NCBI GenBank assembly: GCA_028711115.1
Contig: JAQTSV010000001.1
Location: 134,032 to 198,031 of the forward strand
Direction of reading: 5' to 3'
DNA length: 64,000 bases
Source of the DNA: Candidatus Omnitrophota bacterium
GTDB lineage: Bacteria; Omnitrophota; Gorgyraeia; Velamenicoccales; JABMQK01
Shown one piece after another: positions 36,422 to 44,047 of this stretch. A program made the position numbers and the translations under genes. Below the pieces are notes generated by a model. It made no database searches. It worked only from the letters and a program-made list of their open reading frames with translations, and had not been told where the DNA came from. How positions within the stretch are numbered: the first letter of the stretch is position 1; every line of letters begins with the position of its first letter.

Positions 36422-36512
36422 TATTCGAATTAATTATTTTTCTCCGCATCTTAAGGTGTTTATCGCTTTGTTTGTATTAAACTGTCTTAAATCAGGCTAA
36501 CCCCAGAATCCC

Positions 36513-37169
36513 ATGCCTTTAAAAAATATTACAAAGATTATAATCATATTAAGAAATTATTACCGCAATTTTAAAAGGCCTTCTGTCACAGAAATATCAC
36601 AAAGATATAATAAACCTTTCTTTGTGTTGATTAGCTGTATTTTGTCTTTAAGGACGCAGGATAAAACCACGCATCAAGCAAGTGAAAGATTATTCCAAAT
36701 AGCCGATAGTCCCGAAGATCTTATAAAAATCCCGCTAAAGAAATTAGAAAGAACAATTTATCCCGTAGGATTTTATCGCGTAAAGGCACGCACCTTAAAA
36801 ACAATATCGCAGGGATTGATTCAGCGTTTTGGCGGCCGGGTTCCGGACAATTTGGAGGATCTGCTTTCTTTGAAAGGCGTAGGCAGAAAGACTGCAAACC
36901 TAGTTTTGACGTTAGGTTTTAGTAAACTCGGCATTTGTGTGGATACACATGTGCACAGAATATCCAATCGGTTGGGGATAGTTAAAACCAAAACACCCTT
37001 TGATACAGAAATGAACTTAAGAAAGATATTGCCCAGGAAGTTTTGGATAGAATATAACGATTTATTGGTTGCCTTTGGGCAGAATGTTTGTAGGCCCTTA
37101 AGCCCTTTGTGTAGCAGCTGTAAAATATCCCGTTTTTGCCCCAAGATAGGCGTAATTACACGCAGATAA
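36513..37169 (+). CDS. nth: endonuclease III
   Basis: ILSLRTQDKTT, LKGVGRKTANLVL (HhH), VDTHVHRISNRLG and the 4Fe-4S cluster CRPLSPLCSSCKISRFC (C-x6-C-x2-C-x5-C). Confidence 0.9.
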   Translation: MPLKNITKIIIILRNYYRNFKRPSVTEISQRYNKPFFVLISCILSLRTQDKTTHQASERLFQIADSPEDLIKIPLKKLERTIYPVGFYRVKARTLKTISQGLIQRFGGRVPDNLEDLLSLKGVGRKTANLVLTLGFSKLGICVDTHVHRISNRLGIVKTKTPFDTEMNLRKILPRKFWIEYNDLLVAFGQNVCRPLSPLCSSCKISRFCPKIGVITRR

Positions 37170-37286
37170 TACTTACAAAATCCCTGCCGAAAATAAAAAA
37201 TCCGATTTCAGCCCAATTCATCGGTAAATCTTTGTGAAAATAATTAAAAAATATTTGATTTTTTCTGAAAAATATTCAAAAACATC

Positions 37287-37315
37287 TTGACAATGGTATC
37301 GTAGTGTGATAATTT
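37287..37315 (+). promoter_or_regulatory. sigma70-type promoter candidate (TTGACA ... TGtGATAAT/TAATTT)
   Basis: TTGACA at 37287-37292. -10 options are GATAAT at 37308 (15-nt spacer, preceded by TGT as an extended -10) or TAATTT at 37310 (17-nt spacer). Confidence 0.45.
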
Positions 37316-37375
37316 TTTCTTAAGAAAATAAATTTTATCCGGGAGGGAAAAATTAAATAAAATCAAATTTTGTTG

Positions 37376-37407
37376 AGGGACTCGAATACGAGAGTCCCTA
37401 TTTTTTT
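37376..37407 (+). terminator. intrinsic terminator-like hairpin 8 nt upstream of the ATP-grasp start codon (possible attenuator)
   Basis: AGGGACTC-GAATACGA-GAGTCCCT (8-bp stem), then A and TTTTTTT (37401-37407). Confidence 0.6.
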
Positions 37408-37414
37408 AATTCAT

Positions 37415-38410
37415 ATGCCAAAGAAAATAGGTTTTACCTATAATGTAAAAAGTGAATTTCCCTTAAAGGTCGGCGATCCGGAAGATCTTAATGCCGAATT
37501 TGACAATCCGCAGACTATAGATTTAGTAAAATCTGCCATAGAATCCGGCGGGCACGAGGTTATCCTTATCGGCAACGCAAAAAATTTATTAAAAATGTTG
37601 CCGGATTTGAAAGTGGACATAATTTTTAATATTTGCGAGGGGATTGGTTCGAGAAATCGCGAGGCGCAAATCCCGGTTATATTAGAAACGTTAGGCATTC
37701 CATATGTCGGTTCGGACGGCCTGACCATGAGTTTGGCACTGGATAAAGTAATGGCAAAAAAAGTTTTTGCCGCCGAGAAAATTCCCACGCCCGGATGCGT
37801 AGGCATAAAAAAGATGGAGGATCTTGTCAATTTAGACCATTTGGAATTTCCTCTGATTGTGAAGTTGCGCCAGGAAGGGACTTCTAAGGGGCTTGCTAAC
37901 GACTCGGTGGTTCACAATAGAAAAGAACTAGAAAAAAAATCAGAATATTTATTCGGCACATATCATAACGCGCCTATTATTATCGAGCAGTTTATTCCCG
38001 GGAAAGAAATTACAGTTCCTATTATCGGCAATTCGCCACCAGAAGCCCTGCCGTCTGTCCAGTTGGCCATTAGCGGTATAACAGAATTGGAAGAGCTAAT
38101 CTACACTTACGAAATGGTGAAGTCTCCGGATGTAGACTATCTTTGCCCGTCCAGAATTGATAAACAATTGGAAAGCCAGCTTGGAGATTTAGCCGTGCGT
38201 GCATATAAAGCGGTGGATTGCCTGGATTTCGGCAGAGTAGATTTTAGAGTGGACAAAAATAATAATCCCTATGTTTTGGAAATAAACCCTTTGCCTTCTC
38301 TTGCTTTCGACGATGTATTTAACTTATCTCCGCAAGTCGTAGGTTACGATTACAACAAAGCTATTAATAAAATTCTTGATGCGGCGTTACTAAGATATGG
38401 TTTAAATTAA
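37415..38410 (+). CDS. ATP-grasp enzyme, D-alanine--D-alanine ligase family
   Basis: ATG 37415 (MPKKIGFTYNVKSE...). Ddl-like pattern: GSDGLTMSLALDKVMAKKVF, PLIVKLRQEGTSKG, IIEQFIPGKEITV, GRVDFRVD...PYVLEINPLPSL. Confidence 0.75.
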   Translation: MPKKIGFTYNVKSEFPLKVGDPEDLNAEFDNPQTIDLVKSAIESGGHEVILIGNAKNLLKMLPDLKVDIIFNICEGIGSRNREAQIPVILETLGIPYVGSDGLTMSLALDKVMAKKVFAAEKIPTPGCVGIKKMEDLVNLDHLEFPLIVKLRQEGTSKGLANDSVVHNRKELEKKSEYLFGTYHNAPIIIEQFIPGKEITVPIIGNSPPEALPSVQLAISGITELEELIYTYEMVKSPDVDYLCPSRIDKQLESQLGDLAVRAYKAVDCLDFGRVDFRVDKNNNPYVLEINPLPSLAFDDVFNLSPQVVGYDYNKAINKILDAALLRYGLN

Positions 38411-38421
38411 AGGAGGCCCAG

Positions 38422-39600
38422 TTGTCAACATCTAATATCGCGGCAGAAACACAACAATCTACCATTGATCCGGCATTGTTAAAAAAGAGCGTTATCGGCG
38501 ATTATCGCCGTATTGATTTATGGAAAGATGTATCGGAGCTTGATTGGGAAGATTGGCACTGGCAGGTTAAAAATCGTATTTGTAAAAAGGAAGAATTATC
38601 ACATCTTATAAAAATAACCCCCGAAGAGGAAGAAGGAATTAATAAATCTCACGGCCGTCTTGCTATGGCGATTACGCCGTACTGGGCAAATTTAATGGAT
38701 CCCGACGATTCTAATTGCCCTATACGCAAACAAGCTGTACCTGTAAAATCAGAATTAAAAATTTCGCAACATGAGATGACAGATCCCTGCGCAGAAGACA
38801 GAGATTCTCCTGTGCCTGGGTTGGTGCATCGTTATCCGGACAGGGTGTTGCTTTTGGTTACAGAGATGTGTTTTTCATATTGCCGCCATTGTACTCGACG
38901 CAGAATGGTCGGTGAAGGCAGAAATATTTTAGACCGGAATAATTTAGATAAAGCTATAGATTATATCCGTTCCGACCGTAAGATAAGGGATGTTTTGATA
39001 TCCGGCGGCGATCCGTTTATGTTGGAAGACAATGTATTGGAGGAAATTATTAAGAAGTTGCGTTCCGTCTCCCAAATAGAATTTTTACGTATAGGCACGC
39101 GTGCGCCGGTAACATTGCCGCAGAGAATTACTATTGGTTTGGTGAATATGCTTAAAAAATATTCACCGATTTGGATTAGTATTCATTTTAATCACCCCCG
39201 GGAAATAACCAAGCGCTGTAAATTTGCCTGTGATATATTAGCCGATAACGGATTCCCTTTGGGCAGCCAGACAGTATTGCTTAAGGGCGTAAATGACAGG
39301 CCTTATGTTATGCGCAAACTAATGCACGAACTATTGGAAATCCGCGTGCGCCCTTATTATATCTATCAATGCGACCCGGCAAAAGGCACATCGCACTTCC
39401 GTACGCCTATATCCGTAGGCATAAATATCATGGAGAAGTTAAGAGGCCATACTTCCGGCTATGCCGTGCCTACTTATGTTGTGGATGCGCCCGGCGGAGG
39501 CGGTAAGATTCCTGTGGGGCCAAATTATCTTATTTCAGAAGCAAAAGACAGATACACATTCCGCAATTACAAGAAGAAAATCTATACATATATAGAGTAG
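38422..39600 (+). CDS. kamA: lysine 2,3-aminomutase (KamA family radical SAM)
   Basis: TTG start 6 nt after AAGGAGG. CFSYCRHCTRR (CxxxCxxC), ISGGDPFML, GSQTVLLKGVND, YYIYQCDPAKGTSHFRT, VVDAPGGGGK. Confidence 0.9.
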   Translation: MSTSNIAAETQQSTIDPALLKKSVIGDYRRIDLWKDVSELDWEDWHWQVKNRICKKEELSHLIKITPEEEEGINKSHGRLAMAITPYWANLMDPDDSNCPIRKQAVPVKSELKISQHEMTDPCAEDRDSPVPGLVHRYPDRVLLLVTEMCFSYCRHCTRRRMVGEGRNILDRNNLDKAIDYIRSDRKIRDVLISGGDPFMLEDNVLEEIIKKLRSVSQIEFLRIGTRAPVTLPQRITIGLVNMLKKYSPIWISIHFNHPREITKRCKFACDILADNGFPLGSQTVLLKGVNDRPYVMRKLMHELLEIRVRPYYIYQCDPAKGTSHFRTPISVGINIMEKLRGHTSGYAVPTYVVDAPGGGGKIPVGPNYLISEAKDRYTFRNYKKKIYTYIE

Positions 39601-39662
39601 ATTCAATCCTTGGCTGTTTCTTGGTATAATTTCCCCCCTTAAGTATAAAAAACTAACTTTTC

Positions 39663-39691
39663 TTGACTGATTTTTGCTTTTCTAATATAAT
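39663..39691 (+). promoter_or_regulatory. near-consensus sigma70 promoter (TTGACT-17 nt-TATAAT)
   Basis: TTGACT at 39663-39668 and TATAAT at 39686-39691, about 90 nt upstream of the EF-G-2-like start. Confidence 0.6.
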
Positions 39692-39778
39692 AAGCACTCT
39701 AACATTGTTCCTTCCTTATATATTTAGGTAAGCCTTTTATTGGTTTTAACTATTTGGTAAGAAAGGAGATTTGTTTCT

Positions 39779-41743
39779 ATGGAAGGTTTCTCACCCGACA
39801 AAAAAAGAAACTTTATTTTGGTTTCTCATTCGCAGGCAGGAAAGACCACGCTTTGCGAATCTTTATTGTCACTTGCCGGCGCAACAACCCGTAAAGGTTC
39901 TGTTGCAGAAGGAAATACCGTCAGTGACTATTCCGAGGAAGAGAAGGCTCGCAAGATTTCTATTTCATCCAGCGTAATGAATCTTACATATAAAGGCCAT
40001 TTTATTCAGATGATAGATTCGCCCGGCTATGCGGATTTTATCGGCGAGGTTGTGTCGTGTTTACGGGGAGTGGACGCGGCAATAGTTATAATAGATGCCT
40101 TTGGCGGCATAGAAGTGGGCACCGAGCGCGTTTGGGAAATGCTGGACAATTTAAATCTGCCCCGTTTGATTTTTGTCAATAAATTAGACAAAGAAAGCAC
40201 CAATTTAGACAAAACTTTTGCAGAGATAAAAAATAATCTTTCTAAAAAAGCCATTTTGATTAAAGAGCCGTTGTCCGCAGAGAATATCGAAACAATCGCC
40301 GAGAGTAACGATGCGTTATTGGAAAAATATCTGGAAGGAAAAGAAATTCCGCAGGACGAACTAAAGAAGGCCTTGAAAACCGCAGTGGCCCAGGGAAAAG
40401 TCTATCCTGTATTTAGCGGCTGTGCCATTTCGGATAAAGGCGTTAAAGAAGTTTTGGAGGCAATTATTGAGTATCTTCCCAGCCCTCTGGAAAGGCCCAG
40501 GCCGAAGGTCAAGGACGCAAAGAGCAATCAGGAAAAAGAAATTGAGTTGAGTGAATCAGCGCCATTGGCAGGATTTGTCTTTAAGACCGTCGCTGATCCG
40601 TATGTGGGTCAGCTTTCCATATTAAGATTATTCTCAGGTAAGCTCCAGGCGAATACAAGTTTTTATAATGTTACAAAACAAAGCAAAGAGCGTTTCAGCC
40701 AGATTTATTGTCTGCAGGGGAAAGAACAGCGGCCCATTACAGAGGCTTCCTGCGGAGATATTGTCGCCATAGCCAAGTTAAAAGACACCAGCACAAACGA
40801 CAGCATATCCAGCGAGAATAATCCTGTTTTGTTTGAGCCCACAGTTTTTCCCGAACCCATATATTCCGCCTCCATAAAACCTAGGACTCGCCAGGACGAA
40901 GATAAAATCTCAGTTACCTTGGCCAAAATCACCAGCGAAGATTCAACTTTTAAGATAACGCGCGATGCCCAGACAAAAGAAATGATAATCTCGGGGATGG
41001 GCGATCAGCATTTAAATGTAATGGTTGAGAGAATGAAGAAGAGGTTTAATGTAGAGGTGGATTTAGGCACTCCCAAAGTTCCTTATAAAGAGACGCTTGT
41101 AAAGACAGCCAAGGTCCAGGGAAAATATAAAAAGCAATCCGGAGGCCGCGGACAATACGGCGATGTCTGGCTGGAAGTGGCGCCATTGCCACGCGGAGGA
41201 GATTTCGAATTTGTGGATAAAATTGTCGGAGGCGCAATACCCAGAAATTATATTCCCTCAGTAGAAAAAGGCGTAAGAAATGCAATGGTCGAAGGCATAA
41301 TTGCCGGCTATCCTTTTGTGGATGTGAGAGTCACTTTATATGACGGTTCTTATCATGAGGTTGATTCTTCAGATATGGCTTTTCAGATTGCCGGTGCCAT
41401 GGCTTTTCGCAAGGCAGTTTTAGAGGCAAGCCCGGTATTAATCGAACCAATTATGAATGTCGAGGTATTGATTACGGAAGAATTTATGGGCCAGATTTCC
41501 GGAGATGTCAATTCGCGCCGTGGCAGGGTCATGGGCATGGATTCGCGTTCCAAATATCAGGTTCTGAAAGCCCAGATCCCTCTGGTTGAGATGTTTAGCT
41601 ATGCGGCAGATTTAAGGTCTATGACCGGCGGCAGAGGCACATATTCCATGAGTTACTCTCATTACGAAATAGTTCCGCCGAAGATCGCCCAGGAAATTAT
41701 CGCCAAATACCAGCAGACAAGAAAAGCGGAGCAGGAAAGATGA
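39779..41743 (+). CDS. elongation factor G paralog (EF-G-2-like)
   Basis: 654 aa with a five-domain EF-G layout. G1 SHSQAGKTT, G3 DSPGYADF (Tyr84, codon TAT at 40028-40030, in place of the catalytic His), G4 NKLD, and [10 protein letters not shown] in domain IV. Confidence 0.85.
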   Translation: MEGFSPDKKRNFILVSHSQAGKTTLCESLLSLAGATTRKGSVAEGNTVSDYSEEEKARKISISSSVMNLTYKGHFIQMIDSPGYADFIGEVVSCLRGVDAAIVIIDAFGGIEVGTERVWEMLDNLNLPRLIFVNKLDKESTNLDKTFAEIKNNLSKKAILIKEPLSAENIETIAESNDALLEKYLEGKEIPQDELKKALKTAVAQGKVYPVFSGCAISDKGVKEVLEAIIEYLPSPLERPRPKVKDAKSNQEKEIELSESAPLAGFVFKTVADPYVGQLSILRLFSGKLQANTSFYNVTKQSKERFSQIYCLQGKEQRPITEASCGDIVAIAKLKDTSTNDSISSENNPVLFEPTVFPEPIYSASIKPRTRQDEDKISVTLAKITSEDSTFKITRDAQTKEMIISGMGDQHLNVMVERMKKRFNVEVDLGTPKVPYKETLVKTAKVQGKYKKQSGGRGQYGDVWLEVAPLPRGGDFEFVDKIVGGAIPRNYIPSVEKGVRNAMVEGIIAGYPFVDVRVTLYDGSYHEVDSSDMAFQIAGAMAFRKAVLEASPVLIEPIMNVEVLITEEFMGQISGDVNSRRGRVMGMDSRSKYQVLKAQIPLVEMFSYAADLRSMTGGRGTYSMSYSHYEIVPPKIAQEIIAKYQQTRKAEQER

Positions 41744-42438
41744 AGGCTGCCATATATGGTTTGGATAATTTTCCTGTGGGCAAAAAAAACGTACCCGACG
41801 AAAGATTGGACCGCCTGGAAGAAATGTTTCAGTCCAAAAAAGTCACTTCTGTGCAGATTGAATTTATTTCCGTAGAAGATGTTAAAGACGCAGAAGTGGT
41901 GTTTTCCAAAGAAGACAAAAAAACAGACCTTGTTTTGTCTGATCTGGAATATGTCCAGGACAGGCTCACCAAAGATATTCCCGACGCGGAAAAGACGCTT
42001 TTTTCCAAGGCGAAAGAGATTCTCGAAAAAGAGGAATTTTTATTTAAACACCTAAGCAAGGAAGAACTGAAAATCTTAAGAGGTTTTCCTTTGCTTACGG
42101 TTATTCCCGTATACCTTATTAAAGATGAAGATAGCTTTGATGAAGACAAGGATTTAAAGGAAATCTACTATGCCTCGGGTAGAATTTGTTTCTTTACCGC
42201 CGGAGAAAAAGAAGCGCGCGCCTGGTCTATACAAAACGGCACAAATGCATTTGATGCGTCGGGCTATATCCATTCAGACATTAAACAGGGTTTTATCCGC
42301 GCCGAGGTGGTGAGCTTGGAAGATTTATTCAATACAGGGCATTATAACCAGGCAAAGAACGAAGGCAAGATAAGATTAGAGAATAAAGATTATATCGTCA
42401 AAGACGGCGATTATATTATTTTCAGAACGAATAAATAG
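41740..42438 (+). CDS. YchF-like protein with degenerate P-loop (retains YchF C-terminal TGS-like/DUF933 domain)
   Basis: The C-terminus [16 protein letters not shown]...[13 protein letters not shown]...[20 protein letters not shown] aligns closely with E. coli YchF (YFTAGVKEVRAWTI...GFIRAQTISFEDF...[20 protein letters not shown]). The N-terminus reads [12 protein letters not shown] instead of GLPNVGKST. 232 aa versus about 363. An ATGA overlap joins it to the upstream gene. Confidence 0.75.
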   Translation: [232 protein letters not shown]

Positions 42439-42456
42439 ACAACGGAGGAGATAAAG

Positions 42457-44016
42457 ATGGCTAAGATTAAGCGCGCATTGATCAGCGTATCAGACAAAAG
42501 TGGAATTGTGGAATTGGCACAGGAATTAGCCAAATTTGGCGTGGAAATTATTTCTACAGGCGGCACGGCAAAATTATTGAAAAATTCAGGCGTAAATGTA
42601 AAAGAAATATCCGAACATACGGGTTTTCCCGAAATGCTCGACGGAAGAGTAAAGACGCTGCATCCCAAGATTCACGGCGGATTACTCGCGCTTCGCGACA
42701 ACCCCGAGCATTTAAAACAAATCAAAGAACATAATATCGAGCCCATAGATATGGTGGTGGTTAATTTATATCCGTTTGAGGCGACTATAAAAAAGCCCGG
42801 CGTAACTTTGGAAGAAGCTATAGAAAATATCGATATCGGCGGGCCGTCAATGTTACGTTCTGCTGCCAAGAATTATCGTTCGGTTGCGGTTGTCTCTGAT
42901 GCAAAATATTATTCCAGAATCATCCAGGAATTAAAGCAAAATCAAGGCGCAATTTCCGACGGACTTTTAAAAGAACTGGGTTTGAATGTATTTAAACTTA
43001 CTTCTTATTACGACGGGAAAATTTACGAATATCTTTCCCGGCAATTAGCCCAAGGCAAGGCGGACGAATTATTTCCCAAAGAAATTAATTTAAAATTTTC
43101 CAAAATTCAGGATTTGCGTTACGGAGAAAACCCGCATCAGAAAGCAGCGCTTTACAAAGACCCGCAGGTTTTGGACGAATCATTGGCAAATGCGCAAAAA
43201 TTAAGCGGCAAGGAATTATCCTTCAATAATTTTCTGGATTTAAACGCAGCCTGGGGTATTGTGCGCGAATTCGACGAGCCGGCAGCAGTGGTCATAAAAC
43301 ACTTAAATCCCACGGGAGTTGCTATCGCCAAAGACATAAAGACGGCTTATCTTAAGGCCTGGTCTGCGGATAAACTTTCCGCATTCGGCGGCATTGTCGG
43401 ATTAAATAAAAAAGTTGATTTGGACACAGCCAAAAAAATAAATACCAGCGGTTTCCTGGAATGCGTCATCGCTCCTGATTACGATAAGGACGCATTGGAA
43501 CTGCTTATACAGAAGAAAAATTTCAGAGTCCTTAAATTAAAATTAAATAAACCCAAACAGGGCCTGGATATAAAAAGTATCGACGGCGGAGTGGTTATTC
43601 AGGAGAATGATTTATTAGATTTGGATAAAGATAAATTAAAAGTCGTTACAAAAAGAAAGCCTACGCAGAAAGAATGGAAGGATTTATTGTTTGGCTGGAA
43701 AGTTGTAAAGCACGTAAAATCCAACGCCATTGTGTTTGCCAAAAATTTGCAGACAGTCGGCGTGGGCATGGGCCAGATTAACAGAGTTGACAGCGTTATG
43801 CTCTGCGCAAAAAGAGCGGGCAAAAATTCCAAAGGTTCGGTGCTTGCCTCCGACGCGTTTTTCCCGAAGGAAGACAATATAAAACTTGCCGCAAAGGCAA
43901 AAGTTAAAGCAATAATCCAGCCCGGCGGCTCCATCGCCGACGAGGCTGTAATCAAAGAAGCCGACAAGCACGGCATTGCCATGGTTTTTACCGGCTGCCG
44001 CCACTTTAAGCACTAG
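42457..44016 (+). CDS. purH: bifunctional AICAR transformylase / IMP cyclohydrolase
   Basis: RALISVSDK, GGTAK, GRVKTLHPKIHGG, VVVNLYPF and C-terminal QPGGSIAD...FTGCRHFKH. Confidence 0.95.
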   Translation: MAKIKRALISVSDKSGIVELAQELAKFGVEIISTGGTAKLLKNSGVNVKEISEHTGFPEMLDGRVKTLHPKIHGGLLALRDNPEHLKQIKEHNIEPIDMVVVNLYPFEATIKKPGVTLEEAIENIDIGGPSMLRSAAKNYRSVAVVSDAKYYSRIIQELKQNQGAISDGLLKELGLNVFKLTSYYDGKIYEYLSRQLAQGKADELFPKEINLKFSKIQDLRYGENPHQKAALYKDPQVLDESLANAQKLSGKELSFNNFLDLNAAWGIVREFDEPAAVVIKHLNPTGVAIAKDIKTAYLKAWSADKLSAFGGIVGLNKKVDLDTAKKINTSGFLECVIAPDYDKDALELLIQKKNFRVLKLKLNKPKQGLDIKSIDGGVVIQENDLLDLDKDKLKVVTKRKPTQKEWKDLLFGWKVVKHVKSNAIVFAKNLQTVGVGMGQINRVDSVMLCAKRAGKNSKGSVLASDAFFPKEDNIKLAAKAKVKAIIQPGGSIADEAVIKEADKHGIAMVFTGCRHFKH

Positions 44017-44047
44017 GTTTCGCAGTGCCGGATAAGTTTACTCACCT

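Noticed and set aside
39771-39977. 68-aa alternate-frame ORF at the 5' end of the EF-G-2-like gene
   Set aside because: It overlaps the confidently assigned EF-G paralog in another frame and has an Arg/Pro/Leu-rich shadow composition.
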